Origin: a virus
Lineage: Duplodnaviria > Caudoviricetes
DNA: 36,124 nt
Virus record (IMG/VR): IMGVR_UViG_3300028586_000010
Location: 1-36,124 of that record
Strand: one strand, 5' to 3'
Shown in pieces: positions 16,744 through 25,679 of the stretch; the first letter of the stretch is position 1; each line of letters opens with the position of its first letter. Below the pieces are notes generated by a model. It worked only from the letters and a program-made list of their open reading frames with translations. It was not told the origin of the DNA and did not search any database. Made by a program: the position numbers and the translations under genes.

Positions 16744-18618
16744 TTACACCAAGTTCAAAGAAGTGCTGCGCACGACACCATCCGAACCTTTCACGCGCAC
16801 GGTCAGCGTGGTATTGCTGGTTAGTTCAAACAGCATTTCGCCGTTATTGTTCGGCTGCGCGCTAGATACCGGCTTGATGGTTAGGCCGTCCACCTCATCC
16901 AGTCGCATGCGCTCAGTACCGGTGCTGGTAGTGGTGTTCGTCGCTGTGAACCATTGATGTCGTGTTGCCGCGTTGTATAGGGAGCTACCGCCGCCATAGA
17001 TCACACTGTTGTTTCCCGCCGTGCATTGCACGTTCAATGCAGCGAAGTCTTTCTCTGCATTGGTGTAGTGCTTGCTCAACAAATAGTTAATCTTGTTAGT
17101 TGCATCCGCTTCGGTATTGCCGAACCGAACACCGCCTAGCATCGGCTGAGGGAACATCGTCGTTTGCACACGCGCCCCTGGCGCGCCGGTCACGCGGATA
17201 TAGCGCGGGCCCCCAGCCACGGTGGCCAGGTTTACTGTGATCAGGAAGGTACTGTTGTTCGTGCTCTGGATTGTCACCAGCTCGCCGCCAGCAAAGGGCA
17301 CACCGTTCAGGTCCAAGACTGGAGTGCCGGACCCGTAGAAAGAAACCTGGCGCACTTCCATCGAGTACATGAAATCGAGCATCTGATCGAGTGTCGTAAT
17401 CTCAGCCCCCAGGATCGGGTCGATCAGCTTGTCGTTCAGCCGAGGCCATACGCCTCCCTCAATGTCGCCTTTGCGGAAATTGTTGTAGGGGCGAACGGCC
17501 GGCGAAAAATCGATCGAATCAGCCGCGGCTGACATTTCCTCGAAGACCACGATGCCGTCAACTTTACTGGCGGCGGCGTCCGCGCCGCCCGGGCCGCGGT
17601 GAATATAGAACGTGAAGATTTTTCCGTCCTTGTCTACGTATGCGCCCTCATTTTCAATACGCGTACAGCCGACCCCGTTGTCGTGCATGATCTGCATCAT
17701 GCTCAACGGTTCCATGATGCTCTCGGCGATGCAGGCGCCGGCCAGATTGAACAACTTGATCCCTTGATACCCGTAGCCGATCGAACTGGCGGCCGTTGCT
17801 GCCGTGTAGCCGCCATAGCTGAACACGACATAGCCATCGCCTACCGCACAACCCTGCCGCTTCGGAAATTTGTCCCAATAGACCGTACCGGCAGTCTCAC
17901 CGGCGAAGCCGGTATCAGATTTGTCAAAGAAGGCTGCGCCCACTCGGTTGAGATCAGCGTCATACCAGGCGAACGTCGTACGGGCGACGAACATGCCCAG
18001 CGGCGTGCCCGCCTGTTCCACGAAGTACCGATCTTTATGGAAACTGATCTGGCTGTTCAGGCCAATGTCAAAAGTCGCAACTGGCTCGATGGTCGAACGG
18101 TTCTCTGGTCGCGTGGTGATGTCGTAACGACCTAACACACGATCCAGATGCTCAGTCTCGAGATAGCGCTTTCCGTCGATGTAGCGAACGACCATGCCCT
18201 CGGTAACGTTCACCTGACCGACGCCAAAACAGCCCTTGTACGCGCTGGTTGTGCGGTCATATGCCACTACCCACTTATAGCGACTGGTTACCGAGGTGCC
18301 GCAATACATGAATAGGATTTCATTACCGATCTCGTCGATAGTCCACGCCTGGGGGTAAACATTCGGATTGCCAGTGAGAGCGATGATGGCGGCGTAGTCC
18401 GGGAACAGGAGCGGGAAGCGATGCGAAATCCTCTTCATATGCGCTCGCTGTAGCTGGCTCTTGGTCAGCTGGGCCTCATGGTCCGCGATCAGCTTGGCTA
18501 GGGACCGAACCGGCCCGCCTTCTGTCTCTACGACCGTGTTTTTATCACCATGGACGATCGCGCGCATCTTTGGCACAAGATCATCCGTAAATTGTCTTAC
18601 CTTGTTCGCAAGGGTCAT
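16744..18618 (-). CDS. Second receptor-binding / tailspike-like protein (624 aa)
   Basis: Between I and H; N-terminal HGD..T.V.TEGGPVRSLAKLIAD anchor-type motif; beta-rich middle; C-terminal NGEMLFELTSNTTL..KGSDGVVRS typical of tail appendage proteins. Confidence 0.7.
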   Translation of the reverse strand: MTLANKVRQFTDDLVPKMRAIVHGDKNTVVETEGGPVRSLAKLIADHEAQLTKSQLQRAHMKRISHRFPLLFPDYAAIIALTGNPNVYPQAWTIDEIGNEILFMYCGTSVTSRYKWVVAYDRTTSAYKGCFGVGQVNVTEGMVVRYIDGKRYLETEHLDRVLGRYDITTRPENRSTIEPVATFDIGLNSQISFHKDRYFVEQAGTPLGMFVARTTFAWYDADLNRVGAAFFDKSDTGFAGETAGTVYWDKFPKRQGCAVGDGYVVFSYGGYTAATAASSIGYGYQGIKLFNLAGACIAESIMEPLSMMQIMHDNGVGCTRIENEGAYVDKDGKIFTFYIHRGPGGADAAASKVDGIVVFEEMSAAADSIDFSPAVRPYNNFRKGDIEGGVWPRLNDKLIDPILGAEITTLDQMLDFMYSMEVRQVSFYGSGTPVLDLNGVPFAGGELVTIQSTNNSTFLITVNLATVAGGPRYIRVTGAPGARVQTTMFPQPMLGGVRFGNTEADATNKINYLLSKHYTNAEKDFAALNVQCTAGNNSVIYGGGSSLYNAATRHQWFTATNTTTSTGTERMRLDEVDGLTIKPVSSAQPNNNGEMLFELTSNTTLTVRVKGSDGVVRSTSLNLV

Positions 18619-18622
18619 TTCA

Positions 18623-19270
18623 TCACCAGAAATTTGGGGTTGGCATTGTTTTGTTCAGCATCGTGTCCAGAGCCTCGACGCCAGCCTCGGTTTGTTCCAT
18701 CCCGTTGACCACTCCTTCGATCATCAGGTGTACGTCAGGCAGGCCATATCCCACGACGATCTCGCTTCCTATCCCTGCTACGGCAGCAGCCATTGGCCGC
18801 ACGCCCGTGGTTACCGTAAGGACAGTCTTGTCCAGGTGTGACCGCAGATTTTTTGTGGCTGCAACGACGGCTTCCACTCTTTGCATGCCTTCCTGGCTGA
18901 TCCCTACCTGATCCACTTCCAGTAGGAGGCGATAGGTGTAGGGGGCGCCAGTTGGGATCTGGTTGAACCATTCCTGAAGGCGGACTGTGAAACCAAGGGC
19001 GGCGAGCGAGCGGCGGACGGCTCCGATCGTGCCTTTGACACGATGAACACTCAGACTTTCTTGGATAGACGCGCGCTTCTGCGCATCCGTCCAGTCGTCT
19101 TCCCACGAATCTACGGAAAGGTGCTGGGCTAGCCAGGGGAGAAATTCACTCGGGCAATCAGCTGGTCGCATTAGGGCGCCGATCAGAATCGGTATATCGC
19201 TCAAGCGAGAGTTAACCGTGGCAAGGTTGCGCTCCAGTGTGGTTGCATTCGGTGGCAACAGATCAGCCAT
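18623..19270 (-). CDS. I: Baseplate/tail protein GpI
   Basis: LLPPNAT.LE..CP..FLPWLA..SVD.W..HRVKGTIGAV..KNLRSH. Confidence 0.93.
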   Translation of the reverse strand: MADLLPPNATTLERNLATVNSRLSDIPILIGALMRPADCPSEFLPWLAQHLSVDSWEDDWTDAQKRASIQESLSVHRVKGTIGAVRRSLAALGFTVRLQEWFNQIPTGAPYTYRLLLEVDQVGISQEGMQRVEAVVAATKNLRSHLDKTVLTVTTGVRPMAAAVAGIGSEIVVGYGLPDVHLMIEGVVNGMEQTEAGVEALDTMLNKTMPTPNFW

Positions 19271-20162
19271 GCGCGCCGCCGGTAATCAAGATTGAAGTAC
19301 AGTGCGGTGCCTGGGTTTCATTTGCCACCAGGTCGGCGGTAGGTTGGATCAGTGCCACTCGATCGACTCCGCCCACGTGCAGGGCGGCGTAAATGCCGGA
19401 CAGGGCCACTTCGCGGCCGATTTTGTGACATTCAAGCAGGTAGGCGTCAAGGTTCTTGCGTGCTTCCGTCATTACCAGGGAACTATCCGGACCAGGGAAG
19501 GTATAGATGCGCGCCTCAACCTCGTAATCCAGAATCTCGGCCGATTGGACAACCACCTGGTCAGTCAGCGGGCGGACATCTTCGGCGCCGACTGCGTCGG
19601 AGACAATGTTCAGCAGGTCCGTATCGGCAGTGCCGTCTCCATCCCTCGACAAGACCGTGACCAAGACAGTCCCCGGGACAGGGCTCGTGGCCCCTGCATC
19701 CAGGACGCGGCCATCAGCATTCATCGCACTGGATTTATATGCCCCTACTGGCCCAGCTACCGAAAAGCTCTCGGGGGCCAGCTGGACTCGAATGCGCAAA
19801 TTCGCATCGGATTCCATCACGGCCGAGGTTTCAAAAGTGGCGGGGGTGATAATCAAGCGCTGAACCCCTAGTAATGCCGCTACGTGATCCAGGGTGCTAC
19901 CGCGTGCGTAAGCCAGCAAGACCGAGCGGGCCGCATCGTTGACTCTCTGTCGAAGATTAATTTCCCGGTAGCAGCTCTCCTGAAGTAGCAGGGCCTGCGG
20001 TTCCGACTCCAGTTCAAGCGTTGCAGCCACTTCAGCTTGCTTCTCGATGGGGTACAGCGAGATAAGCCGGGCCTTCCGTTCTGCATACAGGGTCTCGAAG
20101 TCGATGACCTCGACCAGCTCCGGCGCCGCCAGGCGGCTCAGGTCGATCGCGGAACTGTTCAT
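19263..20162 (-). CDS. J: Baseplate wedge protein GpJ
   Basis: IDLSRL.AP..LRQRVNDAAR..SVAGP.GAY..VRPLTD. Confidence 0.95.
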   Translation of the reverse strand: MNSSAIDLSRLAAPELVEVIDFETLYAERKARLISLYPIEKQAEVAATLELESEPQALLLQESCYREINLRQRVNDAARSVLLAYARGSTLDHVAALLGVQRLIITPATFETSAVMESDANLRIRVQLAPESFSVAGPVGAYKSSAMNADGRVLDAGATSPVPGTVLVTVLSRDGDGTADTDLLNIVSDAVGAEDVRPLTDQVVVQSAEILDYEVEARIYTFPGPDSSLVMTEARKNLDAYLLECHKIGREVALSGIYAALHVGGVDRVALIQPTADLVANETQAPHCTSILITGGAHG

Positions 20163-20518
20163 GCGGTGATACCTCCCAGATTGACGGGAACGGCGATATC
20201 GACCCGCTCCCGGGAAATGTTGGTAATGCCCTCGATCTCAATCACGATGGTGCCGGGCGCAGCTGCGTCGAGCGTGAACCCGACCCGCTCCAGCTTGAGA
20301 CGCGGTTCCCAGCGCATCAGCGCGGTGGCGACGGCAGCGAACAGGCGCAGGCGGGTGGCGGCGTTGCTCGGCGCGTCGACCAGCTCGAACAATTCGGACC
20401 CGTAGTTCCGGCGAGCGATGCGCGAACCCAGGGGCGTGGAAAGAAGCCGGGCGACCGACTGATTCAGGTGCCGCGCGCCTTCCAGGGCCTGGCCAGTGGT
20501 GTGGTTCATGCCGATCAT
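20159..20518 (-). CDS. W: Baseplate protein GpW
   Basis: MIGMNHTTG..HL.QS+..L.TPLGSR..RR.YGS..WEPR; ATGA overlap with V. Confidence 0.92.
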   Translation of the reverse strand: MIGMNHTTGQALEGARHLNQSVARLLSTPLGSRIARRNYGSELFELVDAPSNAATRLRLFAAVATALMRWEPRLKLERVGFTLDAAAPGTIVIEIEGITNISRERVDIAVPVNLGGITA

Positions 20519-21126
20519 TGCGGCTTCCCGACCAGCTTGCCGTCGCCCTGTTCCATGTGGACGTGGCTGGCCAGGCTGACGGTTCCGGCCTTCACGTCGG
20601 CTGGCGTCGTTATGTTCTCGCCGGCGGCGATCGCGCCGTCGACCTCGAGATTGCCGGTGCACCTGGTAGTGGGCGCGTCGATCACGACCACATCGGCCTC
20701 GAGGCGGGCCGACTTGGTCCGGACGGTGACGGTCGCCGGCGACTCCACCAAGATCTCGCCGCCGGCCGGCAGTACTACAGTCAGGCGGTGGGCCTGGTGG
20801 TTGTACTCAACCACGGCGCCATCCGGATAGATGATGGTTTCGGTGTCCGGGCTGTCGCTTGGCGCCGGCGCTTTGGTCGAGAAGATCCCGCACAGGGCTA
20901 CAGCCTCGGCCGGGTCGCCACCTGGTGAGATCAGCAGGACCTGTTCTCCCGCGGTCGGCGGCCGCCAAGCGCGGGTGGTGCCGGCGGCCAGCGACAGCCA
21001 CGGAATCCAGTTGGTTTGCAGCTCGCCACTGGCGACACGGCACCGCGCCGCCTGGTGGTTCACTTCCAGGATGGCGCCCTTGCGGACCAGGTTGAGAAGG
21101 AGCCGATTAAGTTCGTTGGTTTGCAT
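20515..21126 (-). CDS. V: Baseplate spike GpV
   Basis: NELNRLLLNLVRKG..TNWIPW..PP..GEQV..YPDGA..EY..SLASHVH; start MQTNE at 21126. Confidence 0.93.
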   Translation of the reverse strand: MQTNELNRLLLNLVRKGAILEVNHQAARCRVASGELQTNWIPWLSLAAGTTRAWRPPTAGEQVLLISPGGDPAEAVALCGIFSTKAPAPSDSPDTETIIYPDGAVVEYNHQAHRLTVVLPAGGEILVESPATVTVRTKSARLEADVVVIDAPTTRCTGNLEVDGAIAAGENITTPADVKAGTVSLASHVHMEQGDGKLVGKPQ

Positions 21127-21132
21127 TCCACG

Positions 21133-21231
21133 ATGTTGCCCCTCACGCGCGCGTAGCGCAGCAAGCGGCTTATGTACTCGCTGCGGGCACATAAGCCGAG
21201 TGTCGCAAGACGCCGCCGTCCTGCCGAGAAT
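21133..21231. promoter_or_regulatory. Ogr-type box serving pV (leftward) and probably a rightward methyltransferase promoter
   Basis: 33-bp palindrome CGGCTTATGT-ACTCGCTGCGGGC-ACATAAGCCG (21166-21198); CAACAT on the minus strand and GAGAAT on the plus strand are each 27 bp from the box. Confidence 0.75.
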
Positions 21232-21270
21232 GTTGTTTCTCGCGCGCAAGGGTGCGCGACACCTTACTGA

Positions 21271-22044
21271 ATGGACATCGTGAATATGATCAGCAACACC
21301 GAGGCAGCGGTACCGCCGCTCCTCTTTAACCACCTCCACCATGGCGATGCGCTGCAGCTGTCCCGCCAACTGCCCGATGAGTCGCTCGATATGCTGCTGA
21401 CGGATCCGCCCTACTCATCCGGCGGCCTGCACGTCGGCCAGCGCACTCAGACCACCAGCCAGAAGTACATCTCGGGCAATGCCAAGTACCTCGACTTCGC
21501 CGGCGACAAAATGGACCAGCGCTCTTGGTCGTTCTGGTGCCACGCCTGGCTGTCGGAAGTTAACCGGGCCTTGAAGCCAGGTGGCTTGGTGGTGTGCTTT
21601 ATCGACTGGCGGCAGCTGCCGACGCTCACCGATGTGATTCAGGCTGCAGGCTTCATCCTGCGCGGTGTGGCGGTATGGGATAAGACGGCTGGCCGGTTTC
21701 GGCCGCGTCAGAACGGTTTCGGCCAGCAGGCCGAGTTCATCGTATGGGCCAGCAAGGGTGCCCTGCCGAAAAACGATGTCTATTTGCCCGGGGTGTTCCA
21801 GGCAAAGCTGGCCTTCCCGAAACAGCACTTGACCGAGAAGCCGATCGAGATCGCGGATCAGATCGTGCGCCTGGTGCCGCCCGGTGGCACCGTGGCGGAT
21901 CTGTTCGCCGGCAGTGGCCCGTTCCTAGCCGCGGCGAAAGCGGCGGGCCTGCAGTGGATCGGCTGCGAGCTGAACAGCGACATTCACCAAGTGGCCAGCG
22001 CGCGCCTGGCCAGGACCGAGATCCGGGCGCAACTGGTCGCCTGA
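21271..22044 (+). CDS. Orphan DNA amino-methyltransferase (N6-A/N4-C, beta class)
   Basis: TDPPY catalytic motif N-terminal; H.TEKP..DLFAGSG SAM-binding motif C-terminal; no cognate endonuclease nearby. Confidence 0.92.
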   Translation: MDIVNMISNTEAAVPPLLFNHLHHGDALQLSRQLPDESLDMLLTDPPYSSGGLHVGQRTQTTSQKYISGNAKYLDFAGDKMDQRSWSFWCHAWLSEVNRALKPGGLVVCFIDWRQLPTLTDVIQAAGFILRGVAVWDKTAGRFRPRQNGFGQQAEFIVWASKGALPKNDVYLPGVFQAKLAFPKQHLTEKPIEIADQIVRLVPPGGTVADLFAGSGPFLAAAKAAGLQWIGCELNSDIHQVASARLARTEIRAQLVA

Positions 22045-22051
22045 AACGTAT

Positions 22052-22525
22052 TCACGGCGCCAGGCTGTCGGTCAGCATATCCCGGATCATGTCCCGGTCC
22101 GACTGGCTCAGGCCCAGCACCTGGCGGACCGGGTATTTGTACATGACACCGCCGGGAGCCACCTGGGACGACCGTCCTTCCTGGTGGACGCGCGCGATGC
22201 GCGCAACACGCTTGCTCCAACCGATCGAGATCCCGTCGGCGTCTCGCTCGATCGTCATCATCTTGGCCGTACGCAGCTTGGCAAACATCGCCTTGGCCTT
22301 GCGCTTCACCCTGCCGGCCTTCGCCCGGGGCCGGTCTCCCTTTTTCCTCCTGGGCTTGCGCGGCTCGAATGCGCTGCCATCCGGCTCTTGCTGGGCGGCG
22401 ATCCGCTTCTGCTGGCTGCGGCGCAGCGCACGGCCAATGTCCATGGCCACCTTGCGCCGTGCCGCCGGCGTCAGTCTGGCCAGGAGCGGATCCGCCCAAT
22501 TCTCAAAGGCCTCGAGGTCGTCCAT
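22052..22525 (-). CDS. S: Tail completion protein GpS
   Basis: LRRSQQKRIAAQQEPDGS.FEPRK..MFAKLR..IARVHQEG..YP.RQVLG; start MDDL at 22525. Confidence 0.9.
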   Translation of the reverse strand: MDDLEAFENWADPLLARLTPAARRKVAMDIGRALRRSQQKRIAAQQEPDGSAFEPRKPRRKKGDRPRAKAGRVKRKAKAMFAKLRTAKMMTIERDADGISIGWSKRVARIARVHQEGRSSQVAPGGVMYKYPVRQVLGLSQSDRDMIRDMLTDSLAP

Positions 22526-22938
22526 CAGGCGGCCCAATCCGGCGCGGTTTCCACTAGGTGGCGGATCTGGCGCGCGCCGGCGCTGTCCTGGGACACGCGG
22601 ACCGACTCGGTCAGCGGCAGCTCGATCGACAGGTCGTAGGTGTCGTGGGTGCCGTGGTCGACCTCGAACGTAATGACGTTGCTGTCGTCGTTGACCTGCA
22701 GCAGCTCCGGCTGGTTCACTGCTGCCCATTCCAAGATGGCCACCATCACCGGGTCGGCGCTGCCGCTGATATCGGTGAGGATCAGGTTCAGGGTGTAGCC
22801 GTACTCGAAGGATAGACCCTTGGGGCCCGGAGAGAGAACCCGGCCCTTGTCCACAAAGACCAGCAGCTTGGACGGATCGTCCTGCAGGGCAGGAACGGCC
22901 GCTTTCACCACCTCGCGCAGCGCGGCCGGCTTAATCAT
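22525..22938 (-). CDS. R: Tail completion protein GpR
   Basis: MIKPAALR..LSFEYGYTL..NQPEL..DLSIELPLTESV. Confidence 0.92.
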   Translation of the reverse strand: MIKPAALREVVKAAVPALQDDPSKLLVFVDKGRVLSPGPKGLSFEYGYTLNLILTDISGSADPVMVAILEWAAVNQPELLQVNDDSNVITFEVDHGTHDTYDLSIELPLTESVRVSQDSAGARQIRHLVETAPDWAA

Positions 22939-23197
22939 GGCCGCTCTCCCGGGCCTGGCATTCCACGATCACGTCGACCACGGCGGCACACTCGCCCCAG
23001 GCCGCCTCGGCCCGGCCCAGGGCCGCGTCGAGATCGCCGTTATTTCTCGCCTTCACCGCCGGCAGCCTGCACCGCTGCACCTTCGGACAGGTACTGTCGG
23101 TAAGCCGCGGCGCCGACGAAGGAGCCGTGTTCGCGCAGCCGGGCAACAGGGCCAGGCACAGCAGCAGTGGCCCAGGAGCGAATTTCAGCGTTTTCAT
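22931..23197 (-). CDS. lysC: o-spanin LysC (Rz1-like lipoprotein)
   Basis: Lipobox LLPGC; CPKV..C.LP..NGDL..AEAAW..CAA.VD..V.CQ; overlaps lysB. Confidence 0.88.
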   Translation of the reverse strand: MKTLKFAPGPLLLCLALLPGCANTAPSSAPRLTDSTCPKVQRCRLPAVKARNNGDLDAALGRAEAAWGECAAVVDVIVECQARESGHD

Positions 23198-23474
23198 CTA
23201 CCAGTTTCCTCATCAGGATTTCACGATCTTCCAGGGCGCTCCGGATGCCGTTGCGCTCTCCTTCCAGCTTGGCGGCCGCCACCTCCCTGCGCTGCACCAG
23301 GTCGCGCAGCTGCGTGATGGTGCCGGCGGCGTCGTTCGCCGCTTTGGTAGCGATATTGACGTCGGTTTCCGCCTTGGTCAGTCTGGCCTGCAGGCCGTCC
23401 AGGTACAGATATCCTAGGGCGGCGATCGCCAGCACGGCCAGGATCACGCCCAGGCGCGCGCCCAGGGCGCTCAC
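23040..23474 (-). CDS. lysB: i-spanin LysB (Rz-like)
   Basis: N-terminal TM helix, coiled coil, ENAEIRSWATAAVP; GTG start overlapping the endolysin stop. Confidence 0.85.
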   Translation of the reverse strand: MSALGARLGVILAVLAIAALGYLYLDGLQARLTKAETDVNIATKAANDAAGTITQLRDLVQRREVAAAKLEGERNGIRSALEDREILMRKLVDENAEIRSWATAAVPGPVARLREHGSFVGAAAYRQYLSEGAAVQAAGGEGEK

Positions 23475-24274
23475 GCCGCCACCTTTTCCCGCTCGGCGTA
23501 CTTGGCGTAGGCCTGGGCCAGCTTCGCGTCGTACAGGTTCCGCGCATAGCCCGGGCCGTTGTAGCCCTTGGCGAATGTCGCCCACTTGCGCGCCTTCAGG
23601 GCGGCCGCCAAGCCGGGCACATGCAGGACATAGCGCACGAAGCTGTCCAGGTGCGCCCCCTCGCTCTCATGCATCTTTTTCACGAAGTCGATCACGCTGG
23701 AGTAGCCCAGAGCCTGCCAGTGGTAACCCATGACCTGGAAGCATCCCCAGCTGGCCGACTCGTATGCCGCCTGCAGGTGGATCTGCTTGGCTTGCTCAAG
23801 GCGGATCTCTTCGGCCGCACCGCCACGGTAGCCGCCCGCCTCGGGATTGCACAGGCCTGGGAACTTGGCAGCGATCGGCGCCGGGTCGACGCCGTACTTC
23901 TTCAGCTGCTTGTAGAACACATGCCGCTCGAACAGGATCACTGGCCGGCCATCAGGAAGGAACCCCTGGCCACGCGACTCCACCTCGTTGACAGCGCGGA
24001 TGGTGGCCATCTGTACGCCCAGCTGGCCGGCGGCGCGCTCGAGGTCGGCGGCCGACAGGTGCCGGGCTTGCGTGGCGCCTACCAGGGCCATGAACGACTT
24101 CGGGCCGTAAATGCCGTCGTCGACCAGGTTGTTGGCCAGCTGCAGCGCGGTTACGGCGCGCTCGGTGGCATCGTCATAGACGCTGGTCTGGACGACCGCA
24201 TAGCCAGCTTTCTGCAAGCGCTGCTGCAGCAGGGTCACGTCCTCGCCGCGATCGCCATGTTGTAGGACTTTCAT
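23471..24274 (-). CDS. Endolysin: peptidoglycan-binding domain plus N-acetylmuramidase (DUF3380-type)
   Basis: LQHGDRGEDV..LQ..DGIYGP; AVNEVESRGQGF..ILFERHVF..SASWGCFQVMG..FAKGYNG. Confidence 0.93.
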   Translation of the reverse strand: MKVLQHGDRGEDVTLLQQRLQKAGYAVVQTSVYDDATERAVTALQLANNLVDDGIYGPKSFMALVGATQARHLSAADLERAAGQLGVQMATIRAVNEVESRGQGFLPDGRPVILFERHVFYKQLKKYGVDPAPIAAKFPGLCNPEAGGYRGGAAEEIRLEQAKQIHLQAAYESASWGCFQVMGYHWQALGYSSVIDFVKKMHESEGAHLDSFVRYVLHVPGLAAALKARKWATFAKGYNGPGYARNLYDAKLAQAYAKYAEREKVAA

Positions 24275-24543
24275 TTGTCACTCCAGAGAAGCCGCGCGAC
24301 ATTGCCGCGCGTGCGAACGATGAGAAGGGCCAGCAGCGCGGCGCGGCCGGCGTCGAATGGTCCGACGTCGCCGGCGTATACCAGCTGCTCGATGGCCGAG
24401 CCGCCTGCGATCACCAGCAGCAGCCAGGCCACCCAGGACGACTGAGGGCAGTGCGCGGCGCCGTCGCGGCGGTACAGCAGCAGCGCGGCGACGGTCACCA
24501 TGTACGCCGTCAGGGCGATCACAGCGAACGGGTTCGGCATCAT
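24271..24543 (-). CDS. Holin-like membrane protein
   Basis: Three hydrophobic segments; ends RGNVARLL; in the lysis cassette. Confidence 0.8.
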   Translation of the reverse strand: MMPNPFAVIALTAYMVTVAALLLYRRDGAAHCPQSSWVAWLLLVIAGGSAIEQLVYAGDVGPFDAGRAALLALLIVRTRGNVARLLWSDK

Positions 24544-24887
24544 GAGCCCCCTTTCTTCGTGGTGATGAGGCCGATCAGGTCGCCAGCCTTCTCGATCAGC
24601 TGCAGGGCGATGACGATGGCCAGGGCGGCGCCGAAGAAGGCAGCTACGCCCGTTGAGCGGATCGGCGTCAGGCCAACGATGTCCTGGGCGCCCTGGTAGC
24701 CGACGATCATGGAAATGATCAGGTAGGCCGCGCGCTTGGCCAGGGTCAGGTCCTTGCTGCTGACCACCAGCAGCGCGGCGCCGGCGAATGCGCCGATCAG
24801 GGCGTTGCCGTCGACGCCCGGGAACAGGCTGGCCAGCCCGACGCCGGCGGTGGCGATCGCAATTGTTGATGGGAGGGGTTCGGCCAC
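24540..24887 (-). CDS. Putative holin
   Basis: MAEP..GVD.NAL+GAFAGA; several TM helices; first gene of the lysis cassette. Confidence 0.8.
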   Translation of the reverse strand: MAEPLPSTIAIATAGVGLASLFPGVDGNALIGAFAGAALLVVSSKDLTLAKRAAYLIISMIVGYQGAQDIVGLTPIRSTGVAAFFGAALAIVIALQLIEKAGDLIGLITTKKGGS

Positions 24888-24900
24888 GATTGGCTCCTTT

Positions 24901-25107
24901 CTAGTCCCACAGCTTCAGCAGCGTGGTGTTGGTCTGTTGGGTTGGGGTGTCGGGCAGGTCCACCTGCAGACCATGCGGGAGGATCGGGCCGTGGTCGGCC
25001 AACCCTGGGTTGCGCTCGAGCACGGCTTCGACCAGGCCTTGGGTGCGGCCGAAGTGGCGATAGCACAGCGCGTCCACGGTGTCGCCCTGGTGCGTGACGA
25101 CGCGCAT
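24901..25107 (-). CDS. X: Tail protein GpX (LysM-like)
   Basis: QGDTVDALCYRHFGRTQG..NPGLA..LPHG..LWD. Confidence 0.93.
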   Translation of the reverse strand: MRVVTHQGDTVDALCYRHFGRTQGLVEAVLERNPGLADHGPILPHGLQVDLPDTPTQQTNTTLLKLWD

Positions 25108-25583
25108 CAGATCAGCTCGATGGTGGTACGGGGCAGGCCCAGGATGTCTCGGATAGCCCACCTCGCGGCGCGGCGCTCCGTTTCGACCATCGCCTCGAGC
25201 TGCTCGGCGTCGTCGTCGCCGGACTTGGTGGCATCGAAGTTGCGGAACTGTTCGTTAAGGTCGGCCTTGACCGTGCGGTAGATGGCTGTGAGATAGCGGC
25301 GCAGCTGGACAGCCTCGCGGTCGACCTTGGGCTCCATCTGGTCCACCGACACCATGCCGGCCAGCAGCTGGGCGGCCTTCCAGCCAGCCAGTTCGGTGTT
25401 GACGCTGATGACGGCCTCGACCACGGCGTTTCGCAGGCGCTCGTCGGTCACGGTGCCGTCCAGGCGCGCGGTGATGCGCAGGCGCGCCAGGTCGATATCG
25501 GGGAAGAATCCGTCATTGGCCACGGTGGCGGCCTCGGGCGGCTGTTGCGGCGCGGGCGCCGGTTCGGTGGCAATGAAGCTCAT
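25107..25583 (-). CDS. L: Head completion protein GpL
   Basis: NDGFFPDIDL..RLDGTVT..RL..ARWAIRDILG..TIELI; start MSFIA at 25583. Confidence 0.9.
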   Translation of the reverse strand: MSFIATEPAPAPQQPPEAATVANDGFFPDIDLARLRITARLDGTVTDERLRNAVVEAVISVNTELAGWKAAQLLAGMVSVDQMEPKVDREAVQLRRYLTAIYRTVKADLNEQFRNFDATKSGDDDAEQLEAMVETERRAARWAIRDILGLPRTTIELI

Positions 25584-25679
25584 GGGATTGTCTCGGGAAA
25601 GTGGGCGGTGGGCCGGCATCGGATGGATCAGGCAAAGCCATCCCATCGTCCGCCGGCGCCGCCCTGGCCGGGGGGCTCG

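Noticed and set aside
14997-18618. Tail-fibre inversion system or diversity-generating retroelement
   Set aside because: No invertase, no reverse transcriptase, and no duplicated or inverted fibre segment seen
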